A DNA stretch of 64,000 nt, taken from the NCBI GenBank assembly GCA_913058145.1, contig CAJXQM010000013.1, positions 6,807 to 70,806 of the forward strand, in the 5' to 3' direction. Positions 23,439-35,048 of the stretch are shown in pieces. The translations under genes and the position numbers were made by a program. This DNA comes from an uncultured Colwellia sp. (GTDB lineage: Bacteria; Pseudomonadota; Gammaproteobacteria; Enterobacterales; Alteromonadaceae). The notes beneath the pieces are model-generated. The model was not told the origin of the DNA and made no database searches. It saw only the letters and a program-made list of their open reading frames with translations. Position 1 is the first letter of the stretch. Each line of letters begins with the position of its first letter.

Positions 23439-23519
23439 GTTTAGGACGAACGGTATATTGCGATCACAGGACGTGAAGGAACGTATGTTTTATATGTTTA
23501 TCAGTTTAGGTTATATAGA

Positions 23520-24014
23520 TTATTTATTTCGTTTACTGGCATTGGCCGCGAGTCTTTGTAATTTTTCTTTTAAACCTTTCGGGGCTTTTTCAGCAATGTC
23601 TAATAAGTGTGAAGCTGTTGTTGTCGAAATATTTTGCACTGAACTTTTATTATTAACTGACTCAATATATTCATATGTTTTTTGGTTCGGTGTTTGTCGG
23701 TGACCTTGAGGATTTACTTTTATATCAATTTTAGTAAACTGCCCTTGAGTTTCGTCATTGAGTTGTCGGCATATATTATTACGTTCAAATTGTAACCTCT
23801 GCCCCCAAACAGGCGATTTTACTTCAATAATTAAAGTAGATTGTAGAAAATTAACAATATTGAACGCATCCTCTGGTAGGTCGGGGCATATTTGTCGTAC
23901 AATATTAGACAATAAACTCAAAGAGTTGGTTTTTACCTGAATTTGTGCCAAAGTGCCAGTCGTCGAATGGAATAGCGTTGACATATTTTTGGGAACTTTT
24001 GGTCTTCGCGCCAT
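23520..24014 (-). CDS. dciA: DUF721 protein, DnaB helicase loader DciA
   Basis: Canonical position between lpxC and the M23/secA genes; WGQRLQFE motif; basic C-terminal helix. Confidence 0.85.
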   Translation of the reverse strand: MARRPKVPKNMSTLFHSTTGTLAQIQVKTNSLSLLSNIVRQICPDLPEDAFNIVNFLQSTLIIEVKSPVWGQRLQFERNNICRQLNDETQGQFTKIDIKVNPQGHRQTPNQKTYEYIESVNNKSSVQNISTTTASHLLDIAEKAPKGLKEKLQRLAANASKRNK

Positions 24015-24073
24015 AATGATTAACCTAAATTTTGACCTGCTGTGAGTTGTAAAGAAAGTATTAAGAAGTCAAT

Positions 24074-25009
24074 ATGAGTTTAACACTACTGTACCGAGGA
24101 AAGAATGTAAGATTCTCAATGCGTCTAAATAAGCTGCGTTGGCTTTCTATTGTTATTATTTTTGCTTTAATTTCAGGTTTTATTGTTCACTTAGTATTGT
24201 CTACCAATGAACAACCAAATCATAGTGTTAACTATTTGGCGAGCGAAAGCACGGTTACTTCTAACCAGCTAAAAGGTGTCACGGTAACTGAAGTAAATAA
24301 TGTCGAATTAAAAAAACTACAATTAACGGCATTAACCATGAAATTGGCTGAATTGCAAAGCCATGTACTTCGTCTAAATGCTTTAGGTGGCCGCTTAGCC
24401 GATAACGCGAATATTCCCGAACAAGAATTTGATTTTAACAAATTACCCCCCAGTGGTGGCCCTTCGGGAACACGTGGTGATGTCAGTAGAACATCTTTTA
24501 AAGAATTACTTGTTGAAATTACGCGATTAGAAAATTCACTTAATAATAAAGAAAATCAGTTAACTATGCTTGAATCTTTAACATTAGGTCACCATATAGA
24601 AAATACACGTTATTTATCGGGTCGACCTATTACGAAAGGTTGGTTATCTTCTTATTTTGGGCTACGTAAAGATCCCTTTAATGGTAGACCATCGATGCAT
24701 AAAGGCATTGATTTTGCTGGAAAGGAAGACGGTGAAATTATCGCAACAGCATCTGGTGTAGTTAGTTGGGCTGATGATCGATATGGCTATGGTCTATTGA
24801 TAGAAATTAATCATGGTGATGGTTTAAAAACACGTTATGGACATAATAAACAGTTATTGGTTAAAGTTGGTGACGTAGTTGGTAAAGGACAAATAATAGC
24901 TCGTATGGGAAGTACTGGACGGTCAACTGGACCGCATGTACATTATGAAATTTTACGCCACGATAAACAAATAGATCCAATTAAATTTGTTTATCGTAAA
25001 GCGAAATAG
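24074..25009 (+). CDS. M23 family metallopeptidase
   Basis: HKGIDF, TRYGH, GRSTGPHVHYE; N-terminal TM segment and coiled coil. Confidence 0.95.
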   Translation: MSLTLLYRGKNVRFSMRLNKLRWLSIVIIFALISGFIVHLVLSTNEQPNHSVNYLASESTVTSNQLKGVTVTEVNNVELKKLQLTALTMKLAELQSHVLRLNALGGRLADNANIPEQEFDFNKLPPSGGPSGTRGDVSRTSFKELLVEITRLENSLNNKENQLTMLESLTLGHHIENTRYLSGRPITKGWLSSYFGLRKDPFNGRPSMHKGIDFAGKEDGEIIATASGVVSWADDRYGYGLLIEINHGDGLKTRYGHNKQLLVKVGDVVGKGQIIARMGSTGRSTGPHVHYEILRHDKQIDPIKFVYRKAK

Positions 25010-25144
25010 TTGACGCTAGGTCAAATGATTAATAAAAATACAATTGTAATATAAGCATATAAATACTAGTTCAAAATTTATAATTAAATTCACATGGTAT
25101 GCAAAATTGTTTGCTTGCCAAATATCACAAAATGGTCAAATAAG

Positions 25145-27853
25145 ATGTTTGTAAAATTGTTGACAAAAATGTTTGGTAGTCGTAACGATAGATTATTAAA
25201 AAAAATGGGCAAAGACGTAAAAAAAATAACGGCATTAGAACCGATTTTAGAAGCACTCAGTGATGATGAATTAAAAGCAAAAACCAATGAATTCAAAGAA
25301 CGTTTAGCCAATAATGAAACATTAGAACTCATATTACCTGAAGCATTCGCTGTAGTTCGTGAAGCCAGTAAACGCGTTTTTAAAATGCGACATTTTGACG
25401 TACAAATGATTGGCGGTATGGTACTAAATGAAGGGAAAATTGCTGAGATGCGCACCGGTGAAGGTAAAACGCTTACAGCAACATTACCTTCTTATTTAAA
25501 TGCGTTAACAGGTGGTGGTGTGCACGTTATTACCGTTAATGATTATCTCGCAACACGTGATGCAGATTGGAGTCGCCCATTATTTACTTTTCTAGGGATG
25601 ACTGTTGGTTGTAATGTAGCCGGTATGACACCGGAAGATAAGCAAGCGGCTTATCAAGCAGATGTAACTTACGGGACTAATAACGAATTTGGTTTTGACT
25701 ATTTACGTGACAACATGGTGTTCTCACCAGAAGAGCGTGCTCAGAAAAAATTAAACTTTGCTATAGTAGATGAAGTTGATTCAATTCTCATTGATGAAGC
25801 ACGTACTCCACTAGTTATTTCAGGGCAAACCGAAGATAGCTCAGCGTTATATAAAGCTATTGATGTGATTGTGCCATCACTTGAAGTACAAAGTGAAGAA
25901 GATAAAGATCAAGAAACAGGCCAGTCAGAAGATTTTATTGAAGGTGATTATACGGTTGATGAAAAAGCCAAACAGGTTTATTTAACCGAACGTGGTCAAA
26001 TTCTTATTGAAAACATCATGCGCGAAAAAGGTTTATTGCAAGAAGGTGATACCTTATTCTCTGCAACCAATATTACCTTGTTACACCATGTTATGGCCGC
26101 TTTACGCGCGCACAAACTATTCATTAAAGATGTAGATTACATCGTAAAAGACGATGAAATAGTGATTGTTGATGAACATACGGGTCGTACAATGGAAGGT
26201 CGTCGTTGGTCTGAAGGCTTACATCAAGCAATAGAGGCTAAAGAAGGTGTACATATTCAAAATGAAAACCAGACCCTTGCTTCAATCACCTTCCAAAACT
26301 TCTTTAGAATATATGAAAAATTGTCAGGAATGACAGGTACAGCCGATACAGAAGCATTTGAATTTCAACATATATACGGTTTAGAAACGGTTATTATTCC
26401 GACTAATCAACCCATGATTCGTAAAGATATGGCTGATTTGATCTATCTAACCACAGAAGAAAAATTTGAAGCGATATTAGAGGATATTAAGGATTGCGCT
26501 GAACGTGGACAGCCGGTATTAGTCGGTACAATCACTATTGAAACATCTGAGCTTTTATCTAGCTTTTTAAAGAAGGCTAAAATTAAGCATAAAGTACTTA
26601 ATGCAAAATTTCATGAACAAGAAGCTGAAATTGTTGCAGACGCAGGTAAAGAAGGTGCTGTAACTATTGCAACTAATATGGCCGGTCGTGGTACTGATAT
26701 TGTACTCGGTGGTAATTTAGATGCGGGTATTGCCTCTTTAGCTAAAGGGAATAAGCAGCCCACTGAAGAGCAAATAGCAAAATTTAAGGCACAATGGAAA
26801 ATTGATCATGATCGTGTGCTTGAGTTAGGTGGCTTGAAGATAGTTGCTACAGAACGTCATGAATCTCGCCGTATTGATAATCAACTTCGTGGTCGTTCGG
26901 GTCGTCAAGGTGATGCTGGTGCAACACGTTTTTATCTATCAATGGAAGATTCATTGATGCGTATTTTTGCCTCTGAACGTATTTCAAATATGATGCGTAA
27001 ATTAGGTATGGAACATGGCGAAGCGATTGAACATCCCTGGGTGACTCGCAGTATTGAAAATGCTCAACGTAAAGTTGAAGGCCGTAACTTTGACATGCGT
27101 AAACAGTTATTAGAATATGATGATGTGGCAAATGACCAACGTGGCGTTATTTATGAACAACGCAATGAATTACTTGATGAAGCTGATATCGGGGAAGTGG
27201 TGAATGCTATTCGCAGTGACGTTATCACAGGTATTATTGATCAACATATTCCGCCGCAGTCATTAGTTGAAATGTGGGATATTACAGCGCTTGAAGAGCG
27301 ACTTAAAGGTGAATTTAATACGCCTTTACCAGTGGCGAAGTGGCTTGATGAAGATAAAAAACTTCATGAAGAAAGTTTACGTGAAAAAATCATCGTTGAA
27401 TTTGAACAGGTTTATAAAGATAAAGAAGAAATGGTTGGCACTGATGTATTACGCCAATTTGAGAAAGCGGTGATGTTACAAAGTTTAGACTCTCATTGGA
27501 AAGAACATTTAGCCGCTATGGATCATTTACGCCAAGGTATTGGTTTACGTGCTCATGCACAAAAAAATCCTAAACAAGAATATAAACGTGAATCGTTTGA
27601 GTTATTTGCAGAAATGTTAGATCACTTAAAATATGATGTGGTGGGTATTTTATCTAAAGTTCAAATTCAAGCAGAATCTGATGTAGAAGCAGTAGAAGAG
27701 CAACATAGAAAATCAGAAACACCAAAGGAATTTCAACACCAAAGTGGGGCGGGTATTAATGAACAGTCTCAAATGCCACGCGTTGGGCGTAATGAGCCTT
27801 GTCCTTGTGGTTCAGGTAAAAAATACAAACAATGTCATGGTAAATTGAGTTAA
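25145..27853 (+). CDS. secA: Preprotein translocase ATPase SecA; start MFVKLLTK at 25145
   Basis: [32 protein letters not shown]-terminal [13 protein letters not shown]. Confidence 0.99.
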   Translation: MFVKLLTKMFGSRNDRLLKKMGKDVKKITALEPILEALSDDELKAKTNEFKERLANNETLELILPEAFAVVREASKRVFKMRHFDVQMIGGMVLNEGKIAEMRTGEGKTLTATLPSYLNALTGGGVHVITVNDYLATRDADWSRPLFTFLGMTVGCNVAGMTPEDKQAAYQADVTYGTNNEFGFDYLRDNMVFSPEERAQKKLNFAIVDEVDSILIDEARTPLVISGQTEDSSALYKAIDVIVPSLEVQSEEDKDQETGQSEDFIEGDYTVDEKAKQVYLTERGQILIENIMREKGLLQEGDTLFSATNITLLHHVMAALRAHKLFIKDVDYIVKDDEIVIVDEHTGRTMEGRRWSEGLHQAIEAKEGVHIQNENQTLASITFQNFFRIYEKLSGMTGTADTEAFEFQHIYGLETVIIPTNQPMIRKDMADLIYLTTEEKFEAILEDIKDCAERGQPVLVGTITIETSELLSSFLKKAKIKHKVLNAKFHEQEAEIVADAGKEGAVTIATNMAGRGTDIVLGGNLDAGIASLAKGNKQPTEEQIAKFKAQWKIDHDRVLELGGLKIVATERHESRRIDNQLRGRSGRQGDAGATRFYLSMEDSLMRIFASERISNMMRKLGMEHGEAIEHPWVTRSIENAQRKVEGRNFDMRKQLLEYDDVANDQRGVIYEQRNELLDEADIGEVVNAIRSDVITGIIDQHIPPQSLVEMWDITALEERLKGEFNTPLPVAKWLDEDKKLHEESLREKIIVEFEQVYKDKEEMVGTDVLRQFEKAVMLQSLDSHWKEHLAAMDHLRQGIGLRAHAQKNPKQEYKRESFELFAEMLDHLKYDVVGILSKVQIQAESDVEAVEEQHRKSETPKEFQHQSGAGINEQSQMPRVGRNEPCPCGSGKKYKQCHGKLS

Positions 27854-27871
27854 CAATAGTTTCTCGATAAT

Positions 27872-28108
27872 CCGGTTAATCCTGAGCGTGAGGCACTAAA
27901 ATGTTCCGTACACCCTGAGCGCGAGGCACTAAAATGTTCCGTACACCCTGAGCGCGAGGCACGAGTAGTCGAAGGGCGACAAGCTTCCTTCGACAAGCTC
28001 AGGACGAACAGAAGTACTGGATGGATATATCCATTAACTCCGTTCATACTGAACGTGAGGTACGAAAATATTCCATTCACCCTGAGCGTGAGACACAAGC
28101 AGTCGAAG
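27872..28108. repeat. REP-like mosaic cluster B with a 33-bp tandem unit
   Basis: CCTGAGCG(T/C)GAGGCAC at 27881, 27914 and 27947 (33-bp period); inverted CCTTCGACAAGCTCAGGACGAAC near 27987-28009; two more degenerate units at 28040 and 28073. Confidence 0.9.
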
Positions 28109-28175
28109 TATAATAGTCTGACGGTAGGGCTGCATAAAACATCCATCCTAAATTGAATAAAGATCAAAGGAATAT

Positions 28176-28586
28176 ATGCCTAAACCTATCCACGTGGCTG
28201 TTGGTGTTATCACGTCAACCAATGAATATCAGCAAACACAATATTTTCTAACCAAGCGCCTTGATAACGTCCATCAAGGTGGCAAGTGGGAGTTTCCTGG
28301 TGGTAAGGTAGAAAAAGGTGAAACTATTGCTCAAGCGCTTGCTAGAGAGCTAAAGGAAGAAGTAAATATTGACGTATTCAGTTGCCAGCCCTTGACTATT
28401 ATTCATCATGATTATGGTGATAAAAAAGTATGCTTAGAGGTGTTTGTTGTTGATAATTATGTTGGCGAACCAACCGCTCAAGAAGGCCAGCAGCAGAGTT
28501 GGTTTGCGCTTAAAGAATTTAAAAATTTAGATTTTCCAAAAGCTAATGAAGCGATCATCGCTCAACTTATAACTCGAAATTTGTAA
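28176..28586 (+). CDS. mutT: 8-oxo-dGTP diphosphatase
   Basis: Nudix box GGKVEKGETIAQALARELKEEV; FPKAN; follows secA. Confidence 0.95.
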   Translation: MPKPIHVAVGVITSTNEYQQTQYFLTKRLDNVHQGGKWEFPGGKVEKGETIAQALARELKEEVNIDVFSCQPLTIIHHDYGDKKVCLEVFVVDNYVGEPTAQEGQQQSWFALKEFKNLDFPKANEAIIAQLITRNL

Positions 28587-28612
28587 CTGTTGCATTGAAG
28601 TTCATTCGAGAT

Positions 28613-28849
28613 TTATTCAGGCTCAACAAAAAATTTATTATTTAACATAAATTCATCTTCTAATGCATCAAGCATTTCTTCAGTTAATGGTGTTTCGCTT
28701 TGTATAGATTGTGATATTTTATGTCCTTCATCAGCCCATTCACCTAGATCAATTAACTGGCAACGTTTACTGCAAAAAGGTCGGAATTCGCTTTCTTTAC
28801 ACCAAGTCACTGGTTTGTCACAGTTAGGGCAGGAAACTTTTAGGATCAT
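28613..28849 (-). CDS. yacG: DNA gyrase inhibitor YacG
   Basis: [21 protein letters not shown] zinc finger. Confidence 0.97.
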   Translation of the reverse strand: MILKVSCPNCDKPVTWCKESEFRPFCSKRCQLIDLGEWADEGHKISQSIQSETPLTEEMLDALEDEFMLNNKFFVEPE

Positions 28850-28917
28850 GTGTTTGTCATAATGAATCAGTAATTATAGTCACTATTATAGCGTTATTAC
28901 TTCTTGATGGAAACTAA

Positions 28918-29664
28918 CTAACAACAAGCCAGTTGAAACTTAGTTGCTTGGTTTGAATAGCGACGACCACTTATCTCACATGGCAACATAAAACGAATAG
29001 AATAACGAAACTTATTACCGCTTATGGTCGGGTAATATTGAGCATGCTGAGAAACTTTAATGCGTAATAACAGTAAACCTTCACCGCTATCTTGGTAGAA
29101 ACCACTTTCAGCTTCTATTAACTTGAATTCTGCGCGTTGACGAATAAATTTAAGTACTAAAGCTAGCGAATTTTCAATATTAGTTAGCAATGATAACCAA
29201 TGCTTTATTTGTGTCGCCACTTGTTCAGTTGGTTGGTGAAGCCAAAATTGTAATTGTGGAAGATCAAAACTCGAATTGCCCCCTTGAATAGCAAAACGTT
29301 GCTTTAAACTGGCGAGTAATTTATTTTCTTTAAGCTGATACCAAGTTTGATTATTCGCTTTTAACTGACAGATTAATCCCACGGTTTCACGTAAATTATT
29401 TTCTAGGGCGCGGCTATTAATATCAGGTGCTTGAGACCATATCACCAAGTTTTGTTGTAATTTTTCTAAATCTTTAATTAATTCGCCTTTAATATCACTA
29501 CGTTCTAAGGTGTCAATAATGGTAAATAAGGCATTAAAAAACACTTGGTGGTTAGCATGTATATCGGCATTGACACAACTGTTCGCTTGAACAAATAATT
29601 GCTCAAGTTTCAGGTAGTTACGAATACGCTCATTAAGCGGATGTTCATATAATATTGTGGTCAT
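28918..29664 (-). CDS. zapD: Cell division protein ZapD
   Basis: YEHPLNERIRNYLKLE, FDLPQL, YYPTISG; between coaE and yacG. Confidence 0.95.
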   Translation of the reverse strand: MTTILYEHPLNERIRNYLKLEQLFVQANSCVNADIHANHQVFFNALFTIIDTLERSDIKGELIKDLEKLQQNLVIWSQAPDINSRALENNLRETVGLICQLKANNQTWYQLKENKLLASLKQRFAIQGGNSSFDLPQLQFWLHQPTEQVATQIKHWLSLLTNIENSLALVLKFIRQRAEFKLIEAESGFYQDSGEGLLLLRIKVSQHAQYYPTISGNKFRYSIRFMLPCEISGRRYSNQATKFQLACC

Positions 29665-29817
29665 GCAAAAGGTATTTAAAACGGAAATTATTTACTTTAA
29701 TAAAGTAACCCTATAGTAACCATAGATAAATAAAATGGCGAATTATTTGTTGTTTATTTTCACTAGCCAAATTGATTTTCAAAGAACTATGCATATTGAA
29801 GTGGATTGAAGAGGCAC

Positions 29818-30438
29818 TTAATTTTTCGAAAGCTGATTAGCTGCCATGGTTAAATAATGTTGATGTAATTTACCAACCGTATCCTTTAAAGTTTCTAAAG
29901 ACGTATTATCATTATTTAACAGGTCATCAGCATGATCTTGCTTAACTTTTCTACTTGCTTGACTCGATATTATTGCTTGAACTTGCTCTACGCTATTATT
30001 ATCACGTCTAGTGGTTCTTTTTATTTGAGTTGTTTCACTGACATCAATCACCAGAACGCGATTCACTAACGTTGTTAAATTATTTTCAATTAACAGCGGT
30101 GCAACTAATAAGCAGTAATCACTTCGTGCGTTTTTTATTTGTTCAATGAGTTGTGCTCTAATAAGGGGATGAAGAAGGTTATTTAACCATAATTTATCGT
30201 CATCATTACTAAAGATCTGTTTGCGAAGTAATGCCCTATCAAGTTGACCATCAGCTTGAATGAAATCACTACCAAAATGCATACTAATATGGGTAAGTGC
30301 AGAGCTGTCTTTTGCGACAACCTTGCGGGCAACAATATCCGCATCAACAATAGTAATATTATGTTCAGCAAAAAGATTCGCAATAGTCGTTTTTCCGCTA
30401 CCAATACCACCCGTTAAACCAACAATAAATTCAGACAT
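29818..30438 (-). CDS. coaE: Dephospho-CoA kinase; start MSEFIVG at 30438
   Basis: GLTGGIGSGKT P-loop, DADIVAR, LNNLLHPLI. Confidence 0.97.
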   Translation of the reverse strand: MSEFIVGLTGGIGSGKTTIANLFAEHNITIVDADIVARKVVAKDSSALTHISMHFGSDFIQADGQLDRALLRKQIFSNDDDKLWLNNLLHPLIRAQLIEQIKNARSDYCLLVAPLLIENNLTTLVNRVLVIDVSETTQIKRTTRRDNNSVEQVQAIISSQASRKVKQDHADDLLNNDNTSLETLKDTVGKLHQHYLTMAANQLSKN

Positions 30439-30456
30439 AATACCCTTTAACACCTT

Positions 30457-31341
30457 TTAACTAATTTGAATAAGATACCAGGACCAAATACCGTCACCCC
30501 ACAATAGCGTTATCCAACCAGCTATGGCTAAATAGGGACCAAACGGAATAGCTTGCTCACGTGTATGGTTTTTAAATAACATTAATGAAATACCCATGAG
30601 CGCACCCACCACGGAAGCCATTAAAATAAGAATAGGGAGCAATTGCCAACCTAGCCAAGCGCCAAATAACGCAAATAGTTTGAAATCGCCATGTCCCATA
30701 CCTTCCTTACCTGTGAATAATTTAAATAGCCAAAATACACTAAATAGGCTCATGTAACCAACAGCGGCGCCAATCACTGCATCGTTAATAGATACAAACG
30801 TACCGGTAATATTAACCAATAAACCTAACCACAACAGTGGCATAACTATTTGATCCGGTAGTAACATATGATCAAAATCAATAAGTGTTAAACAGATTAA
30901 TCCCCAAGTGAGTATTAGTAATAGTAAGGTTTCAACAGAAACACCGTATTGGTTTGCTATGACTAAACTCAATAACCCAGTGGTTGCTTCAACTAAGGGG
31001 TAACGAATGGAAATATTATTTTTACATTGGCTACATTTACCTTGTAGAAATAACCAACTAATGATGGGGATATTTTCATAAAAGCGGATCTTATGTTGGC
31101 ACTTAGGGCAGGTAGAGTCGGGTTTTGATAACGAGAGTGCGGTAATTTTTTTTGCGGGAGTGTTGTTAACGTCATCAGCTAAAAATTCACGACACTCAAG
31201 AGTCCAATTATTATGCATTATTTTTGGTAAACGATAGATCACTACATTTAAAAAGCTCCCAATAATGAGGGAAAAAATCACCACAAAGAGGTGAAAAGCA
31301 GTAGGAGACTGCTGAAAAAACATTAGGGTTTGCTCAAACAT
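30457..31341 (-). CDS. pilD: Type IV prepilin peptidase/N-methyltransferase
   Basis: GSFLNVVIYRLP, two CxxC pairs, DFDHMLLPD, GMGHGDFKL, PFGPYL. Confidence 0.97.
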   Translation of the reverse strand: MFEQTLMFFQQSPTAFHLFVVIFSLIIGSFLNVVIYRLPKIMHNNWTLECREFLADDVNNTPAKKITALSLSKPDSTCPKCQHKIRFYENIPIISWLFLQGKCSQCKNNISIRYPLVEATTGLLSLVIANQYGVSVETLLLLILTWGLICLTLIDFDHMLLPDQIVMPLLWLGLLVNITGTFVSINDAVIGAAVGYMSLFSVFWLFKLFTGKEGMGHGDFKLFALFGAWLGWQLLPILILMASVVGALMGISLMLFKNHTREQAIPFGPYLAIAGWITLLWGDGIWSWYLIQIS

Positions 31342-31362
31342 AAACTACTCATTAAACACATT

Positions 31363-31402
31363 AGAAAAAAAATTCCTTAGCCGTAATGACTCAGGAATTT
31401 TT
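31363..31402 (-). terminator. Intrinsic-terminator-like hairpin between pilC and pilD
   Basis: AAAAATTCCT (31368-31377) pairs with AGGAATTTTT (31393-31402); a long T tract follows the stem on the minus strand. Confidence 0.65.
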
Positions 31403-31419
31403 AGCAACCAGTCCCAAGC

Positions 31420-32667
31420 TTATATAACCATACCTATTTGGAATATGGGTAAATACATCGCAATAATTAATCCACCAATCACCACACCAAGTACTACCAT
31501 AATGATAGGTTCTAACAACGCAGTTAAATTGTCAACTGCATTATCGACCTCTGATTCATAAACATTAGCTACTTTAGACAACATCTCATCAACAGCGCCA
31601 GATTCTTCACCAATAGCTACCATTTGAATAACCATATCAGGAAATATATTACAATTTCGCATGGCCAGGTTCATTTGCATACCAGAGGTTACTTCAGCAC
31701 GAACCTCAAAAATCGCATCCCTAAATACCGCATTACCTGAGGCACCGGCTGCTGACTCTAACGCATCAATTAAAGGTACGCCTGCAGCGAAAGTGGTCGA
31801 TAATGTACGGGCATAACGAGCAACAGCTGCTTTTTTTAATAAATCACCAATAACAGGAAGTTTTAGTATTTTTCTATCAACTTGATCACGTAACTTGCGA
31901 CTATTTCTATGAGCACGCTTAAACAAAAATATAAAAGTAAAAATGGTACCTAACCCTATATGCCAATAGGCAACCATAAAATCAGATATACCAACAACAA
32001 AGAGAGTAAAAGCAGGTAATTCAGCGCCAAAGCCTGCAAATATTTCCTGAAAAACGGGCACAACAAAAATCAGTAATATTGAAGTGACGATGGTAGCAAT
32101 AACTAATACCGCAATGGGGTAGGTCATGGCTTTTTTTATTTTTGCTTTTAACGCTTCAGCTTTTTCTTTGTAGGTAGCAATTCTGTTGTAAATAGTTTCT
32201 ACCGAACCGGATTGCTCACCAGAAGCAACTAAATCACAATACAAATCATCAAAATACCGAGGGTGCTCCCGTAAACAGTCAGATAAGGGAATACCCGAAG
32301 AAAGCTTGTGTCCAATATCCGTTAGCATTTTTTGCATATGGCCATTATTGTGACCTTTAGCAATCATTTCTATAGTTTGCACTAAAGGTACGCCCGCGCC
32401 TAACATGGTCGCTATCTGTCGTGATATAATCGCAATATCACTAGGTGTAATGGCCTTGTCACCGCCCAAACCAAAAAGTGGCTTAGCCTTTTTCTTAACT
32501 TTGCTTGGCGTGATGCCTTGCTTACGCAACTGTGCTTTTAATTCAATAACATTATGAGCCGAGATCTCACCATTAATTTTTTTTCCTTTACGGTTTACAC
32601 CGTTCCAAACAAAGACGTCTAAAGGTTTAGCCTTAGGGGTATTATTTTTTGTAACTACTGAAGTCAT
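31420..32667 (-). CDS. pilC: Type IV pilus inner-membrane platform protein
   Basis: RQIATMLGAGVPL, ASGEQSG, KIKKAMTYP, IGEESG, YLPIF (T2SS F family). Confidence 0.96.
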   Translation of the reverse strand: MTSVVTKNNTPKAKPLDVFVWNGVNRKGKKINGEISAHNVIELKAQLRKQGITPSKVKKKAKPLFGLGGDKAITPSDIAIISRQIATMLGAGVPLVQTIEMIAKGHNNGHMQKMLTDIGHKLSSGIPLSDCLREHPRYFDDLYCDLVASGEQSGSVETIYNRIATYKEKAEALKAKIKKAMTYPIAVLVIATIVTSILLIFVVPVFQEIFAGFGAELPAFTLFVVGISDFMVAYWHIGLGTIFTFIFLFKRAHRNSRKLRDQVDRKILKLPVIGDLLKKAAVARYARTLSTTFAAGVPLIDALESAAGASGNAVFRDAIFEVRAEVTSGMQMNLAMRNCNIFPDMVIQMVAIGEESGAVDEMLSKVANVYESEVDNAVDNLTALLEPIIMVVLGVVIGGLIIAMYLPIFQIGMVI

Positions 32668-32686
32668 AGTTTCACCTAATTGTTAT

Positions 32687-34387
32687 CTAAACACTGGTTA
32701 CGCGATTAACTTCTTTAAGGCTTGTCATGCCATTCATCGCTTTTATTAATCCAGATTGGCGTAAATTGTGATAACCTTCTTTTTGACATTGCTTAACGAT
32801 GTCGAGCGAGTTACCACCTTCCATAATAATAGACGAAATTTTTGGACTAATCTTTATCACTTCATAAATACCGACTCGGCCTTTATAGCCGCCAGTGCAT
32901 TGCTCACAACCTACGGGTTTAAATAACTTTATTTGACTTAATTTTTCTACCGGGAAGCCTTGCTCAGCCAATTGTGCTTCTGACACCTCTTCATGGGTTT
33001 TACATTGTGGGCATAAACGCCTTGCTAAACGTTGGGCAATAATAAGGGTAACAGAGCTCGCAACATTGTATGAAGGTACACCCATATTAAGTAAACGGGT
33101 AAGTGTTTCAGCGGCAGAGTTAGTATGCAGGGTAGATAAGACCAAATGGCCAGTTTGTGCCGCTTTTATTGATATTTCAGCGGTTTCTAAATCACGAATC
33201 TCTCCCACCATAACAATATCGGGATCTTGTCGTAAAAAAGATCGTAATGCGCTAGGGAAAGTTAAACCAGCACGATTGTTAATTTGAACTTGATTAATAC
33301 CTTCAAGGTTTATTTCTACCGGATCTTCCGCAGTAGAGATATTACGTTCTTGCGTATTTAAAATATTTAAACCGGTATATAAGGAAACTGTTTTACCTGA
33401 GCCGGTAGGGCCGGTTACTAAGATCATGCCTTGAGGTTGTTCTAGTGCCGTCATGTAAATTTTTTTCTGCTCAGGTTCATAACCAAGCATGTCAATACCT
33501 AGCATGGCGCTAGAGGAATCAAGAATGCGCATTACAATTTTTTCACCCCACAGGGTAGGTAAGGTACTAACTCGAAAATCTATGGATTTTCTCTTTGATA
33601 AGGCGAGCTTTATGCGTCCATCCTGGGGAACCCTGCGTTCAGCAATATCCAATTTTGACATAACTTTTAACCGTGCAGCCATACGTGAAGATAAACTCAC
33701 CGGTGGTCGGGCAATTTCAGATAATATGCCATCAATTCGAAAGCGAATACGAAAAGATTTTTCATAAGGTTCAAAATGTAAATCTGAAGCACCCTTTTTT
33801 ATGGCATCAAGTAAGATTTTATTGATGAATACCACGATAGGGGCATCGTCTTCATCGCTTGTAGTATCATCTTCTTGTTTGTCTTCTTGAACGTCTAAGC
33901 CAGAAAGCTCTTCTGCATCCATAGCCGTAATATCAAGGGCATCACTTTCATCTTCCAAAAATTTTTCGATGCAATCTTGTAATCCAGGTTCATCAGTTAA
34001 TACTAGCTCGGTGCTAAAGCCCGTATTAAATTGAATTTCTTCTAAGGCATCAATATTGGTAGGATCTGACATGGCGACAAATAATACTTTTCCGCGTAAA
34101 AATAACGGTAAAGCATTATGTTTGGTGATCAATTTTTCATTACGAATGCCTTCAGGTAGTAGGCTAGTATCAAAATTGGCCAACTGAATATAGGGATAAC
34201 CAAATTTATGGGAGAGAATTTTGGCAATTTCTTTGCCATCAATGTGCTTATCTTCAACAAGAAAACGAATAAAAGGTTTATTATTACCAATATAATCGGC
34301 ACATATATCATCAATGCTGGTAAGTGGAATTAACTGTTCATTAGATAAAGCGGATAAAACACTCGATTGTTGGTGATGTCCTTTCAT
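32687..34387 (-). CDS. pilB: Type IV pilus extension ATPase
   Basis: [26 protein letters not shown], tetracysteine zinc motif. Confidence 0.97.
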   Translation of the reverse strand: MKGHHQQSSVLSALSNEQLIPLTSIDDICADYIGNNKPFIRFLVEDKHIDGKEIAKILSHKFGYPYIQLANFDTSLLPEGIRNEKLITKHNALPLFLRGKVLFVAMSDPTNIDALEEIQFNTGFSTELVLTDEPGLQDCIEKFLEDESDALDITAMDAEELSGLDVQEDKQEDDTTSDEDDAPIVVFINKILLDAIKKGASDLHFEPYEKSFRIRFRIDGILSEIARPPVSLSSRMAARLKVMSKLDIAERRVPQDGRIKLALSKRKSIDFRVSTLPTLWGEKIVMRILDSSSAMLGIDMLGYEPEQKKIYMTALEQPQGMILVTGPTGSGKTVSLYTGLNILNTQERNISTAEDPVEINLEGINQVQINNRAGLTFPSALRSFLRQDPDIVMVGEIRDLETAEISIKAAQTGHLVLSTLHTNSAAETLTRLLNMGVPSYNVASSVTLIIAQRLARRLCPQCKTHEEVSEAQLAEQGFPVEKLSQIKLFKPVGCEQCTGGYKGRVGIYEVIKISPKISSIIMEGGNSLDIVKQCQKEGYHNLRQSGLIKAMNGMTSLKEVNRVTSV

Positions 34388-34513
34388 AGCTTTTTAACAT
34401 AACCTCTTGAATAAAAACAATGAACTCATTGAGTTTGAGTGTAACGTAATATGAGTTAAAAGGGCAAAAATTTATGTTAGTGGATGCGCTACTTGCAGGT
34501 TCTTATGTTTGGT

Positions 34514-34536
34514 AAAGAACTCCCGAAGGAGCTTTT
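34514..34536 (-). terminator. Stem-loop downstream of pilA with a C(UUCG)G tetraloop
   Basis: Minus strand reads AAAAGCTCC-TTCG-GGAGTTCTTT. Confidence 0.6.
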
Positions 34537-34598
34537 AGAAAAGAGATCAAATAAGGGCTAAATTTGAACAGACCCTACTTAATATTGCTAACTACTTA

Positions 34599-35048
34599 TT
34601 AACATAGTCCACTAGCAACACAAGTACCTGTTTGGGTCCATACTAATGTTCCACCCGACTCAGCAGGTGTTAGAATATAAGTATCATCATCCAATGTTGT
34701 TACACCTGTAGCTGTAATAATTGCTGTAGTACCTGTTATTACTACTGATGCAACGTCAGCACCTGCGGCTGCATCAGCTAACGTTATACCAATTTCTGTA
34801 GCGGTATCACATGCCGTCAAATCACCTCTACCACGACCTTGGTAACAAACTTCAATAGCAGTCTTTACGGCAGAAGTTGCTAAAACGACTTCAGAAAAAC
34901 GAGCTTTCTTCGTATAAGTTTGATAAGCAGGCAAGGCTACAGCAGCTAAAATACCGATAATCGCCACAACGATCATCAATTCAATTAGAGTAAAACCCGT
35001 TTGGGCTTTGTTAGTTATTTTGTTCTTTATTCGGTTTAAGTTTTTCAT
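34599..35048 (-). CDS. pilA: Type IVa major pilin
   Basis: Class III signal G|[25 protein letters not shown] with E5; four Cys including terminal C-X5-C. Confidence 0.95.
   Translation of the reverse strand: MKNLNRIKNKITNKAQTGFTLIELMIVVAIIGILAAVALPAYQTYTKKARFSEVVLATSAVKTAIEVCYQGRGRGDLTACDTATEIGITLADAAAGADVASVVITGTTAIITATGVTTLDDDTYILTPAESGGTLVWTQTGTCVASGLC

Noticed and set aside
23520-25145. dciA and M23 peptidase before secA, with no secM
   Set aside because: Usual arrangement in non-enterobacterial gammaproteobacteria; not novel
27872-28108. CRISPR array interpretation of the 33-bp periodic repeat
   Set aside because: Units are contiguous with no unique spacers, there are no cas genes, and the motif matches the REP-like cluster at 3.2 kb
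27850-28167. 105-aa minus-strand ORF with SASRSGCTEHF repeats
   Set aside because: The 11-aa periodicity is just the translation of the 33-bp DNA repeat
34540-34580. AGGGTCTGTTCAAA-like sequence resembling an IS or MITE end
   Set aside because: Short, with no convincing partner end, target duplication or transposase
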